IMG/VR virus record: IMGVR_UViG_3300042691_026427
Location: 1 to 64,000 of that record
DNA length: 64,000 nucleotides
Origin: a virus
Reading direction: 5' to 3' (one strand)
Shown here: positions 15,094-25,392 of the stretch, piece after piece
How positions within the stretch are numbered: position 1 is the first letter of the stretch
Layout: every line of letters begins with the position of its first letter
Program-made: the position numbers and the translations under genes
Notes under the pieces: generated by a model
What the model saw: only the letters and a program-made list of their open reading frames with translations
What the model was told of the DNA's origin: nothing
The model's database searches: none

Positions 15094-17157
15094 TTACTTC
15101 GACGTTGCTCGGTATGTGCCGTCCCAGTCTGCAGGAAGATATCTAGTACGCATTTCAGCAATACGCTCTTGCCATAGTGTATAGTAGTCGTCCATCTTAC
15201 CGTCAAACTCGCCTATAAGTTCTTGGCACAGTGTAATGGCCTTGTCCCACTGCTGTTCACGATAGTACTGCAACATCAGTTCATGATGCTCACGGGCACT
15301 GATCCAATCTGCTGCTACTGTAACATCTGGATTGTAGAACACTGTGAAGATGTTAACACCGATGGTCTTACCTTTAACAGCAATGCAGTCTAACGGAATT
15401 GTAAAGTAGTTGTCACCTACACGAGCTTGTGTAAACTCACTAATGATAATTAACACACCGTAGTTCTTGGTCTGACCTTCTAAACGTGCTGTCAAACTAA
15501 CGCTGTCACCTAAGACGTCATAGCCAAAACGGTCCTTACTACCAATGTTACCAATCAGTGTAGGACCTGTGTTGATACCCAATCCGCAACCTACTAATGG
15601 CTTGCCTTCTTTGGTAAGTTCAATGTTAAACAGTTCAACAGCATGTAACATTTCTAAGCCTGTACGAACAGCAGCCAGCACATGATCTGGGTCTTGTTCT
15701 TCTTGAATAGGAGCACCATGAACGTGTAGTGACGCATCACCAATGAACTTGATCAAGCATCCGTTGTTGCGTAAGATAGGTTCGGCAATAGCAGTCATGT
15801 ATCGATTCATAGTGTGTGTAAATGCCACAACGTCATCGCCATAAGTCTCACCTAAGCCAGTGAAGTTACGCATGTCGCTCATGATAACTGTTAGATCTTT
15901 CTTTTCGCCGCCCAGTTTAATAAAACTTGGATCTTTCTGTAAGCGTTCTACGATAATAGGATTAACATAACCGCCAAATTGTTTCTTGATCTGTTGCTTC
16001 TGTAAGAACTCACTTACAAACTTGATGCCATAGGCATGCAAAGCGACCAAAGTTGTGCCAACTGCAAAGGCAGTAGCATCGAATAAGAATAGAAGATTAC
16101 TGTAAGCAAGAATACTGCCAGCAATACCCCCACCGACCAATACAACCACTGCGGCAAGTCCAACATATGTCCACCTTGTTAAAAATAGTAATAATAAACC
16201 TGCTAATAGAATAGCCACAGTTTCTAAATCATCTGCGTAGCCAGGACGTTGAATAGTAGTGCCTGACATCATTGTGCCTAGCAAACTGGCCTGCATGTCC
16301 TGGGGCCAAATTTCACCAAGACTAGTAGCTACTGGTTGCACTAAGCCTGCTGCACTCAATCCCACAATAACAACCTCACCATTAAAGTCTTTGGGCAATT
16401 TGGCAAGACTATGCTGCTTGGGCTGCTGACTCCAATCAATCCATACACGACTCAAAGGGTCCACATTGATACGGTTCAGTTTAGGTATTCGCACTGCTTC
16501 AACGCCTGCGTCAGTAATTTTAACCTGTATCTTTGTATCCCCTGCTGCCATTCTAAGTGTTTCTAAACCAATAGCAGGATGCACAGTTCCACTGCTTAGT
16601 ATTAACAACGGCATACGACGAACAACACCATCTATTTCAGGAAAGGTATTTACAATACCCGTGCCCGCCGCACGTTCTTCTAACATAGGGACGTTGGCGA
16701 TAATGCCTGGATATTCTACTAGACTACCGTTAGGATCAGCTCCTACAATTTGCACAGCAGATCCAAATGTTTTATTTTTGTCGGTAGTACTGGCAACTTG
16801 CGGCAGTACCACTGGATATTTTTCTAATGCTTGGGCCAGTTTATTATCTTGACCAAACCTATCTGCTTCAGGCATGAGGATGTTGAACACAACAAGTCCA
16901 GCATTTCTATTATATAAATCTTTAATAATGTCGGCATATAGTCCTCGAGGAAAAGGGAATTGTCCATATTTGTCTAGTGCTGCTTCGTCAATATTAACTG
17001 TGTGTACAGGAATATCTTTTGCAGGTTGGCTTGTGACCAGTTGATCAAAGTAGCGTAGTCTTACGCTTTCTACAAATGCAGGATCTGCAAATCTAATACC
17101 TACAATTAATACTAGCGTTACTAATGCTGTCCAAGGACTTAATAATATTTTTTTCAT
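15094..17157 (-). CDS. CHASE2-domain class III adenylate/guanylate cyclase
   Basis: IDEAALDKYGQFPFPR, DGVVRR, TM helices, SDMRNFT, KFIGDA, GDSVSLTARLEG. Confidence 0.92.
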   Translation of the reverse strand: MKKILLSPWTALVTLVLIVGIRFADPAFVESVRLRYFDQLVTSQPAKDIPVHTVNIDEAALDKYGQFPFPRGLYADIIKDLYNRNAGLVVFNILMPEADRFGQDNKLAQALEKYPVVLPQVASTTDKNKTFGSAVQIVGADPNGSLVEYPGIIANVPMLEERAAGTGIVNTFPEIDGVVRRMPLLILSSGTVHPAIGLETLRMAAGDTKIQVKITDAGVEAVRIPKLNRINVDPLSRVWIDWSQQPKQHSLAKLPKDFNGEVVIVGLSAAGLVQPVATSLGEIWPQDMQASLLGTMMSGTTIQRPGYADDLETVAILLAGLLLLFLTRWTYVGLAAVVVLVGGGIAGSILAYSNLLFLFDATAFAVGTTLVALHAYGIKFVSEFLQKQQIKKQFGGYVNPIIVERLQKDPSFIKLGGEKKDLTVIMSDMRNFTGLGETYGDDVVAFTHTMNRYMTAIAEPILRNNGCLIKFIGDASLHVHGAPIQEEQDPDHVLAAVRTGLEMLHAVELFNIELTKEGKPLVGCGLGINTGPTLIGNIGSKDRFGYDVLGDSVSLTARLEGQTKNYGVLIIISEFTQARVGDNYFTIPLDCIAVKGKTIGVNIFTVFYNPDVTVAADWISAREHHELMLQYYREQQWDKAITLCQELIGEFDGKMDDYYTLWQERIAEMRTRYLPADWDGTYRATSK

Positions 17158-17444
17158 TCTTCGCAATTCCAACGACTTAATGCTTTGGCTTTTGGAGTAG
17201 GGCGGCCTTTCTCATCCTTCATAGGACCTTTGTTACCTGACATCCTAGCACAGAAACTCTTGCGGCGTTTAGCATCCTTGCTACCTGCTTTGAGTTTACT
17301 AGGCTTAGTAGTAACAGCAGTCTTTAATTTACTGCCTGGATTCTCACGACGATAAGCATTAACTGCTTTTTGACTTAGGCCGTCAGTCTTGTCTTTTCTA
17401 TTGACTTTATTCCAGTCTTCATTAATAAATTCGTGTGCTCTCAT
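17154..17444 (-). CDS. basic phage protein with CTS-like N-terminus
   Basis: MRAHEFINE; RRKSFCARM. Confidence 0.7.
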   Translation of the reverse strand: MRAHEFINEDWNKVNRKDKTDGLSQKAVNAYRRENPGSKLKTAVTTKPSKLKAGSKDAKRRKSFCARMSGNKGPMKDEKGRPTPKAKALSRWNCEE

Positions 17445-17635
17445 TTCTTTTTGGCCTTTCCTGCTTTCATGTTAGCCATCCAATGAGCTAGTTGCCCTTT
17501 ACGCCCACCTTGCTTGGCAACCTTGCGTAGTGTGCTTACGCTGGCTTTTGTCGGAACACCATGACGCTTACTATCGCCTTTATCTTGTGGATTCTTACCG
17601 TCGGCAAAGTTCTCAAGTAATTCGTGTATTTTCAT
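17441..17635 (-). CDS. small basic phage protein with CTS-like N-terminus
   Basis: MKIHELLE; TAAATA box 5 nt upstream. Confidence 0.7.
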   Translation of the reverse strand: MKIHELLENFADGKNPQDKGDSKRHGVPTKASVSTLRKVAKQGGRKGQLAHWMANMKAGKAKKK

Positions 17636-17646
17636 AGTGATATTTA

Positions 17647-17940
17647 TTATATAGTGGGCTTGAGAAAAACTTGTCTGTGATTTTCGCCAGTGCCAAGAAC
17701 GCAGGCAATGTTATCGTTAAATTGCACGAAACTCCATGTTTTAGTTTTTTCGTTTACCATCATTATAAATCGACTAGTGGTGTCGTTTCCAATCCAAAAC
17801 GGCTGTTCTCTGTAGCCACTTCCGCTTAATGTTTCGATTACAATTTTTGGGGTATCGCAGACTACTGGTTTTTCTACGGTTACGGGCTGTGCGTATGCCA
17901 AGGCGGGTAAGAGTAGAACACCTAAGATAAATTTGTGCAT
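17647..17940 (-). CDS. exported hypothetical protein
   Basis: signal peptide, GGAG SD. Confidence 0.65.
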   Translation of the reverse strand: MHKFILGVLLLPALAYAQPVTVEKPVVCDTPKIVIETLSGSGYREQPFWIGNDTTSRFIMMVNEKTKTWSFVQFNDNIACVLGTGENHRQVFLKPTI

Positions 17941-17960
17941 AGTGTTCTCCTATGCTGTAT

Positions 17961-19856
17961 TTATGGTCCGCCACCCTGTGTTACAGAAACACTACATCCC
18001 GAAAGTGTAGCACATTGCTGTGTAATATTGATGTTTTGTGCTGTAGCACCTTGTTGTACAAGGTTAATTGTACTAGCCCCACCTGCATTAGTTAGATTAA
18101 TAGTAGCTTTGTGACTACCTGCGTCTTTTTGGTTGGCTGTTACGTTATGTCCGTTACCAGTTAAACTTAAATCAAAGTAGTTTACACTGCCCTGCTGTGT
18201 AACATTAAACACATTGCTGCTGCCGTTAACTATGCCAAAGAACGTTTTTTCACTGTTGTTTGACTGTGTCAATGTGCCTTGATTGTTATTACCAGTAACA
18301 TCAACATAGGCAAAGTGCCCTGAAGAGGCGCCTCCAGTGTTACTTTGTTTTAAGCTCAATGTATTGGTGCTGCCATTTACATTTAATCCCAAATAGTGTC
18401 CACCACTCTCGCCTCCGTCTTGCAATCCTGTTGTAGGGTTACGTGCTTGCCATATAGTTACATTATTAGTATTGCCTACTACATTAAACTCAATAAGATT
18501 TTTACCTAGTGTATCACCTTGACGAACATTAATAGTATTGTTGTCACCATCAATGACAGCATAAGTTCCACCGCCTATGCCAGCAATTTTGTTGAAATTT
18601 CCAGTCTGTTCAATAGTTACATTATTACCGCTGCTGCCAATCTTTTGTTCAAGATGCAAGCTGTTGCCTAACACTATGTTTGATACTCGATTCTTGGCTG
18701 AATTACGCTGTGTAGTCTGCCCGGCAGTTATATCACTAGTAGAAGGCCAACTAGGAGCACAGTCAGCACAAACGCTGCCTGCTTGTCCTGGGTTACTAGG
18801 TGTGCCACCTGAACCAGTAGCTGTTGAAGTTACACCGTCATTTAAATCATAGTAGTAGGTAACTTCACCAATCTGCATACTATTGCAGTTTTCTCCGCAA
18901 CCTTCACCTGCTTTGGTCGTAGGAAACAGAATGAAGTAATAGACATAGGCAGTGGTGTTGCCCGTTTGTATTTCGGGACTGGTCCAGTATCGTGACTCAC
19001 TTAGACTTAGTGAATCTTGTTTAATCAATGTCCAAGTAACACCGTCATTTGATCCATACAGCTTGTAACTTGTAGGATCACGACCAGAATAGTCATTGGC
19101 AGTAGTAATGGTAAACTTTTGTACCACGCGGCCTTGACTTAGCTTAACTGTAACACCAGCATTGGCTTTGTCAAAGTTTAGGTACTTGGTGTAGGGATTA
19201 CCGTCAAAGGCATTGGCAGCACCTTCGCCACTTGGACTGTTATAGCTAGTAGGATAGATGTTGCTGATAACAACAGGATTACTGTTAGTGTTAACTGTTT
19301 GCCAGTTTGGTGTAGGGGTAGCTGGCGCTGCCGTCTGTCCTGCTGCTAGAGGAGTAGAACTTGGCGGTGTGTAGGCCTGTAGTTGTGAGTTTGTAGGATT
19401 ACTTTGTGTTACTGCCCAGTTACCACTTTGTCCGTTAGTATATCCTTGCCCTGTAGTAATTAATGTGCCCCACATGCCGTTACCGTTGTAAAATATAGCA
19501 CCGTTAGCTAATGCAGCAAAAGATCCTGTGTTGTTGATTATTTTATAAGTTGAGCCATCACTGTTGAACACAGCCATACCATAAGTACCAGGATTAGTAG
19601 TACTATTGAAGAATCCTATGTATCGTCCGTTGCTGTTAGCATCTGAAGTCTGTGCCGCAGTCCAACGTGCCGCACTTGTTGTTTGAGTAGAATAGTTTAC
19701 CGAAGCATAGATATAGTTGAATCCGCTGGCATACAATGTGCCGCCGCTGATATACCATTGCACATCAAATATTTGTGCTGTACTTAATTTTAAGTCAGTG
19801 ATGGCTGCAAATGCATTAGAGCATAAGAACATTAGGGCAAATAATATCTTTTTCAT
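17961..19856 (-). CDS. secreted curlin-repeat protein with an F5/8 (discoidin)-like domain
   Basis: signal peptide; NAFDGNPYTK..RDPTSYKLYGSNDG..W; C-terminal Q-x-G-x-x-N repeats. Confidence 0.8.
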   Translation of the reverse strand: MKKILFALMFLCSNAFAAITDLKLSTAQIFDVQWYISGGTLYASGFNYIYASVNYSTQTTSAARWTAAQTSDANSNGRYIGFFNSTTNPGTYGMAVFNSDGSTYKIINNTGSFAALANGAIFYNGNGMWGTLITTGQGYTNGQSGNWAVTQSNPTNSQLQAYTPPSSTPLAAGQTAAPATPTPNWQTVNTNSNPVVISNIYPTSYNSPSGEGAANAFDGNPYTKYLNFDKANAGVTVKLSQGRVVQKFTITTANDYSGRDPTSYKLYGSNDGVTWTLIKQDSLSLSESRYWTSPEIQTGNTTAYVYYFILFPTTKAGEGCGENCNSMQIGEVTYYYDLNDGVTSTATGSGGTPSNPGQAGSVCADCAPSWPSTSDITAGQTTQRNSAKNRVSNIVLGNSLHLEQKIGSSGNNVTIEQTGNFNKIAGIGGGTYAVIDGDNNTINVRQGDTLGKNLIEFNVVGNTNNVTIWQARNPTTGLQDGGESGGHYLGLNVNGSTNTLSLKQSNTGGASSGHFAYVDVTGNNNQGTLTQSNNSEKTFFGIVNGSSNVFNVTQQGSVNYFDLSLTGNGHNVTANQKDAGSHKATINLTNAGGASTINLVQQGATAQNINITQQCATLSGCSVSVTQGGGP

Positions 19857-21028
19857 CTGTAGTTCTGATTAATAACAATCTGGCCTATAGGTTTACCTGG
19901 GGCAAAGTTCCATTGATTAGTTTGCATGTCTTGTGTAACTGTGACTTGAACCTGAGTGTTAATTGGCATAACCACATTAGCATAGTTTCTGCTGTTAGGA
20001 CTTAGGCTTTCATACAGCCAGCCAACTTGCTGTGTTTCACTTTTGTCTTTGAATAATTTTTTAACATAAGGATTATCAGTGTCGCCTACACTGGCTACTT
20101 CGTTAACTAATGCATCTTTGTTTGATTTTTGATCAACGCCTACTTTGGTTCCGTTGGCAGTGTCTTCATCACCTTCGTTAGCACTACGATCTCGACGCTG
20201 TGATCTATTACTGCTGCCGCTTTCTTGTCCTCCAGCTACCTGTTGTTTTTCAACATCTTTAGCATCATCTTTAGCATCATCTTTGTCGTCTTTCTTATCA
20301 CTTTTTCTAGCATCGCCTGTAGCTATTGCGGCAGCACGAGCAGCAGCAATTACATTTACCCCAGTAGTTGTTTGTGGCGGACTAACCATTAAGTTGTTGC
20401 CAATAGCCATGCCATTAAGAGCAACGATAACAGCAGGACTAGGCATGCCATTTAATGTTTCAACTAGTGTAGCTTGATAAGGACGATTAAGTTTAACGAT
20501 ACCTGCTGGTGTTTCTACATCGATAGCACCACTTCCGCAGCTAAGACCTTTAAGATTTACGTTTTGTTCTATCTCACAGGTTGGCATTAGCATGATCATA
20601 CTAGAACCTGTTTCACTCACAGCCATAACGAAATCTGTACCGCGAACAGCAATGGCTGCTGTGGGTGTGTTGATTTTTACATTCTTAGGATCTTTGGCAA
20701 TAGCACCTGATACATAACGTACAGTACCTGCGGCTGCTTTGAGCCCTAGCTTGCCAGCTCCGCTCTTAGGATCATATACAAAATCATCAATAACAAGGCT
20801 ACTCGACTCAGTAACAGTAACGTTCGTATCGTCTTTAAAAACAATCTTAACCTTACCATTCTTAGTCTCTACTTTGTCGTTGATTTTGATTTCTGTGCCT
20901 TTGACAATTTGAATTGTATCTTTGCCGCGTTTGATAATGGCCGTACCTGATGATTCGGTAACAGAACCAATGTCTGCCCAGGCTGATGTAGCCAGCAGCA
21001 GGCCCGCGATAAGAGCAGCAACTCTCAT
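19853..21028 (-). CDS. FecR-domain exported protein
   Basis: signal peptide; INTPTAAIAVRGTDF. Confidence 0.85.
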   Translation of the reverse strand: MRVAALIAGLLLATSAWADIGSVTESSGTAIIKRGKDTIQIVKGTEIKINDKVETKNGKVKIVFKDDTNVTVTESSSLVIDDFVYDPKSGAGKLGLKAAAGTVRYVSGAIAKDPKNVKINTPTAAIAVRGTDFVMAVSETGSSMIMLMPTCEIEQNVNLKGLSCGSGAIDVETPAGIVKLNRPYQATLVETLNGMPSPAVIVALNGMAIGNNLMVSPPQTTTGVNVIAAARAAAIATGDARKSDKKDDKDDAKDDAKDVEKQQVAGGQESGSSNRSQRRDRSANEGDEDTANGTKVGVDQKSNKDALVNEVASVGDTDNPYVKKLFKDKSETQQVGWLYESLSPNSRNYANVVMPINTQVQVTVTQDMQTNQWNFAPGKPIGQIVINQNYR

Positions 21029-21037
21029 TGCCGCTCC

Positions 21038-21826
21038 TTAGTTCTTTTGTGTTATGTTGAACATGCCATTGTTAGACACGCTCTTAATATTAATCACATT
21101 ATCAATTGTGCCAGTTTGACTCATTGTCAATGTGTTGCTACTACCAGTTAGATCAACCCAAATGCTAGAACCAGCGGCTCCTGTACTACGTTGGTTGATA
21201 TCAAATGTATTGGTGTCGCCTGCTACTTTAATAGTTTGGCTATGCTTGTTGCCGATGGCATCAATACGGAAAATGTTACTGTTACCTGTAACATCGATGG
21301 CGCTCTTTAGATCAGCACCAGTACCACGGAATTGTAGATCATTGCTGTCGCCAGTGAATTTCCAGTTTAGGTCAGCAGCATTACAACCTGTTAGGGCTGT
21401 ACCACCTGTTGAAGCAGTGCCATATCCGCAGGCTGCGTCAACTTTGTTGCTATCACCAATTTGCTGAATGGTGATATTAACACCTTTGCCGGTGCCTGTT
21501 GTATCATTAACTGCTTCTAGACTGATATCATTGCTAATGCCAATCTGACGAGTAACGACCTTTTGGTCAATACCACGTAGGTACACAGGACGGCCGCCAC
21601 TTCCGGCAGCATTGCCTGTACCATCCTGTGTCATGTTGACATTAGGATTGTCGCCGCTCTGATCAATGAAGATACGGTTAGTTGTGCCAAGGGCTAATGC
21701 GGCTGCTGCGTTAGGGCTAGTTATGGCCATCGTTGGAATAACGGGTGCCGACGGTGCCGAAACCGCTGTTTGTGCAAATGCCGGTAGTGTTGCGGCTAAT
21801 AATATTGCTAGTAGTGTTTGTTTCAT
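21038..21826 (-). CDS. curlin-like (CsgA/CsgB-type) subunit
   Basis: signal peptide; repeated QxGxxN units. Confidence 0.75.
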   Translation of the reverse strand: MKQTLLAILLAATLPAFAQTAVSAPSAPVIPTMAITSPNAAAALALGTTNRIFIDQSGDNPNVNMTQDGTGNAAGSGGRPVYLRGIDQKVVTRQIGISNDISLEAVNDTTGTGKGVNITIQQIGDSNKVDAACGYGTASTGGTALTGCNAADLNWKFTGDSNDLQFRGTGADLKSAIDVTGNSNIFRIDAIGNKHSQTIKVAGDTNTFDINQRSTGAAGSSIWVDLTGSSNTLTMSQTGTIDNVINIKSVSNNGMFNITQKN

Positions 21827-21853
21827 TTTTTGCTCCTAACCTTATGGGTTATT

Positions 21854-22807
21854 TTATTTTGTTGAGTTGATGGGCTTTCCTGATCCATCAACTGCGTTTG
21901 TAACAACTTGGCCTGTTCCCACAGCTTCTCTGCTGTTGGACTGTAGTGGTGCGGATGAAGCTTTGGCGGCTCCTTCACGTGGGGTTTCCTTTTGAACCAA
22001 CTCATTAGGTTTCTCCTTGAATTTCCACAAATTTTGACGTTCGCCTTTATTAATTAACTCAATAACTGCTGTTTCGATTGCAGAACGTAGGGCATAGTTG
22101 CCTGGTTCGTTAAATGTTTGACTTGAATCAAATTCAAAAGCTCTTGTTGCCTGGTTGAAAAATTTCAACGCAGTAGCGCCATCGGCGGTGCTGAGTAAGT
22201 TCTTTTCTACAGTGACTGTAGTTAAAACTTCCCCAGTCTGAACACTCACTAGTCGTAAACTGATTACAACTACATCTTGAGTGTATGCTGTTTGTGCTCC
22301 AATGCCTAACCAACGTGCTCCTGTGCCACCTGTTAGTGTATTAGAGTTATAGTCAATAATGCCACCTTCTAAAATAACACCTGCCATTTGCAGTGGTGGT
22401 AACATCTTAGCATTAGCACCGTCATAGATCTCACGTGTCTGTTTGATCATTTGGCGCTCTTTCAACAAGTTGTCTAGGCCGACACGCTCAACTACAGTGA
22501 ACCATTGACGATTGCCAACTTCTTGTAAACTCTTGATCAAGTATGCTTCTGCACCTTGTGTAACTGCTGTGCTAAACAAGCTCAACGTCGAACTTGGTTT
22601 ACGTTGTCCAGTTAAGTCTTTGAAACCGTATACAGCTACGGTCACGGCCGGGCCAGCAGGACTTGGTATATTGCTAAAACTCTTGTTGATATTTTCACTT
22701 ACCTTAGCTTCTTCTTTTATCTGTATGCTGCCCCATGGACGCACAGTAGAACAACCTGCTAGGACTACAACTGCCAGTGTAATTAAGGATAGTTTGATTG
22801 TGTTCAT
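21854..22807 (-). CDS. csgG: curli secretion channel lipoprotein
   Basis: LAGC lipobox; FKDLTGQRK, STAVTQGA, VVERVGLDNLLKERQMI. Confidence 0.93.
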   Translation of the reverse strand: MNTIKLSLITLAVVVLAGCSTVRPWGSIQIKEEAKVSENINKSFSNIPSPAGPAVTVAVYGFKDLTGQRKPSSTLSLFSTAVTQGAEAYLIKSLQEVGNRQWFTVVERVGLDNLLKERQMIKQTREIYDGANAKMLPPLQMAGVILEGGIIDYNSNTLTGGTGARWLGIGAQTAYTQDVVVISLRLVSVQTGEVLTTVTVEKNLLSTADGATALKFFNQATRAFEFDSSQTFNEPGNYALRSAIETAVIELINKGERQNLWKFKEKPNELVQKETPREGAAKASSAPLQSNSREAVGTGQVVTNAVDGSGKPINSTK

Positions 22808-22817
22808 TCTTTACTCC

Positions 22818-23303
22818 TTAAAAACTAAAACTAGCAATTGGGACTATAACGGTAGTAACTGTGCCTTTGGCATCTACTACTGTTAGTGTAACTTTGTCGT
22901 TAGCTTTACGCCAAGTGACTGTATTGCCGTCTAGTACAAAGTTACCAGTGTCTGGATTTACACAACCGGGAATAGCAGTACCGTCTGCGGCTGCACATTT
23001 GTTTGTGAATAAGTTGTTGCTTAACTGTGTTGCAAGTTGAGCATATACTTGACTTTGAAATAGACTCATAAATCTATTCAGTGGAGTGTTTAATAATTCT
23101 GCTTCTGCTTTGGCAATAGCAGATTTCTTATCTGCTTCAATGGCATCACGACGTGACTTTTCAATGCTGTCGATAGTTAGTACGTGGCTGCTAAATCCAA
23201 TGCCACTAAAAGCTGGGTTTTTAAATTGATGTACTAATTCTGCATGTGCCGAAGTAAGGCCTAGTGTTAGCCATACTGCTGCTGCAATCAAGGGTTTCTT
23301 CAT
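22818..23303 (-). CDS. csgF: curli assembly factor
   Basis: signal peptide then ELVHQFKNPAFSG; adjacent to csgG. Confidence 0.85.
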   Translation of the reverse strand: MKKPLIAAAVWLTLGLTSAHAELVHQFKNPAFSGIGFSSHVLTIDSIEKSRRDAIEADKKSAIAKAEAELLNTPLNRFMSLFQSQVYAQLATQLSNNLFTNKCAAADGTAIPGCVNPDTGNFVLDGNTVTWRKANDKVTLTVVDAKGTVTTVIVPIASFSF

Positions 23304-23375
23304 AGTTCGCTCCGATGTCCTTAATCATATTTAAGGACTACCAGGGGCAAATTAAGTGAGTGGTTTTCTTTTAGA

Positions 23376-23747
23376 TTAACCAATCACCAAATACCATATC
23401 ATCCATACGTATGTAAATTGGTGGGCCAGTTGATCTAATCCAAATTGTGTCCAGAAGATAGGCTTGGTGTTGTCTTTACTGCCGTACCTCACTTTGCTGT
23501 AATCAATAAGGTAGTGTGTGATGCCTTCTATTAACACTGCAAACACTATAGCAAATACGCTGACAGGAACAAAAAAACTAAAAATCAGTATTGCAACCAA
23601 AGAACACCACATGTGATCTAATGTATGACTTATTCCGACAGGGTTTAACCAGACTCCCTTTTTGACAGTCTGCATGTAAGTCTGCAGAACGAAGTCTGCA
23701 TAACAATGCTTGATCTGCAAAAGAAGAAGTAGAGAGAGTAATTCCAT
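23376..23747 (-). CDS. DUF3307-like membrane protein
   Basis: KHxxADFxLQ, HYLIDY, GLDQLAH. Confidence 0.75.
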   Translation of the reverse strand: MELLSLLLLLQIKHCYADFVLQTYMQTVKKGVWLNPVGISHTLDHMWCSLVAILIFSFFVPVSVFAIVFAVLIEGITHYLIDYSKVRYGSKDNTKPIFWTQFGLDQLAHQFTYVWMIWYLVIG

Positions 23748-23811
23748 ATCTTTTCTATATAAGAGTATTTAACTCTGTAGAGTTATTTAAGTCTTAGAAA
23801 AGAACGTGAAA

Positions 23812-25386
23812 TTATTGTGGATTTGCACCCATTGGCTCTCTGGATCCGCCCAATGTTTTGTTCATATTTCTAGTGCCGGGCGTGGAAAACTGTGTGCCCT
23901 GCAATGTTGAGGTATTAGGACCAGATTTGATTCCAGCTAAGTTTTTTATATTTTGCAACTCATCAGGTTTAGCTGCCGTAGGAGTTTGATTAGTAGTTGC
24001 GCCCGGAGCAGGTTGCTTAGTTGCCATGGTTGTTAATTCGGCCAACAACGGCTCCATTGTAATGGCATTCCAAATCTTTTTATTATCACCAGTTGCATGA
24101 TAACCAAGTTTTACCAAAGATTTTCCAGAATTTGCATCTTTAATGTTAATCTCAGGCCTAGGTTCACCTGTTTTACTTTTTCCAACTCGGTAATCAACAG
24201 TTAAATTAATATTATCTGATATTAATTTTTGTAATAGTCCTCTAAAACTATGGACTGCACTAACACCTTTTTTACTTAATTGCACCAATCGAACAGTTTC
24301 GTCGCCTTTAGTAGCATGATTAACAATCATATCAGCAATTTTAGTAACAATTCCCGCTTCAGATTTAGCATTGTCTCCTGCTAACAGTTTAGATAATTGT
24401 TGAGCAGCTTGATTGTAGGCTTGATTCCACCATTCAATTTTTGTCGTAGGAGCTTTAGAGGGTGGTGATAATTCTATTCCTAATGGACTAAAAAAGTTAA
24501 CAGAGCTTTGATAGATACCTTTAGCACTGGTAACATCGCTAGTTACAGATCCTGCGCCCTGTTGTCCAAACTGGCTGCTACCGGCTTTCAAACTGATCTT
24601 GATGTTCTTAAGAGAACGTAGTTGTCCATCTTCGCCTTTTACATATGCTTCGATATCAGTTTTTCTACCTTTCTGATCACTCATTCCGTCACTTTGGACT
24701 CTGATTTCATCAACCTTACCATTCTTATAAAAATAATCGGCATATCGATCAATCTGACCACTGTTGGCATAATGCACGGCACTTTGTGCTATGCCACCGA
24801 CGTGGTCCCAAAATTCAGGTTTTTGCATGAATAACTTGGTAGGTTCTCTAACTGCGAGTGTAAATGTTATCAAATCAGCAATGGCACTATTTTTATCTGT
24901 AGGTTTATACGATGATGTTCCGGAAAAGACTGCATCATTCAACACATTTTTTAAATCTTCGATATCGATATTTTCTACTTTGTTAGAACCACGTTTAATT
25001 AATTTTGCTACTACCGCGGCACTAAGCACTGGCTCAGACAAGTCGCCTACATTGCCTTCTGTGCTGCCTTTTTGTCCAGGGGCATGTATCAAGCCACCTT
25101 GTATTGCACTGTCAGATCCAGCGATATTAAAATAAGAATTGTTACTTCTCTTAAATGATCTTAAATTTTCGCCTTTGCCAAATTGTACTGTAGCAGTTCC
25201 TCGGGGAGCTTTTTCGACCCATTCGATGTCTTCTATAGGATCGTAATCTGGAACAACTTGTTTAATAGCTTTAAATAGAGCGCGGCCTTTATCTGATGAT
25301 ACACCTACTCTAACTTTATGTCCGTAGGAGTATTTGTCAAGACGTGTAAAAATGCTAGCTTCAGGTAAAAATTCTTTTAATCGCAT
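23812..25386 (-). CDS. large hypothetical protein with CTS-like N-terminus (possible head-packaged protein)
   Basis: MRLKEFLPE; TAAATA box upstream. Confidence 0.7.
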   Translation of the reverse strand: MRLKEFLPEASIFTRLDKYSYGHKVRVGVSSDKGRALFKAIKQVVPDYDPIEDIEWVEKAPRGTATVQFGKGENLRSFKRSNNSYFNIAGSDSAIQGGLIHAPGQKGSTEGNVGDLSEPVLSAAVVAKLIKRGSNKVENIDIEDLKNVLNDAVFSGTSSYKPTDKNSAIADLITFTLAVREPTKLFMQKPEFWDHVGGIAQSAVHYANSGQIDRYADYFYKNGKVDEIRVQSDGMSDQKGRKTDIEAYVKGEDGQLRSLKNIKISLKAGSSQFGQQGAGSVTSDVTSAKGIYQSSVNFFSPLGIELSPPSKAPTTKIEWWNQAYNQAAQQLSKLLAGDNAKSEAGIVTKIADMIVNHATKGDETVRLVQLSKKGVSAVHSFRGLLQKLISDNINLTVDYRVGKSKTGEPRPEINIKDANSGKSLVKLGYHATGDNKKIWNAITMEPLLAELTTMATKQPAPGATTNQTPTAAKPDELQNIKNLAGIKSGPNTSTLQGTQFSTPGTRNMNKTLGGSREPMGANPQ

Positions 25387-25392
25387 AATAAT

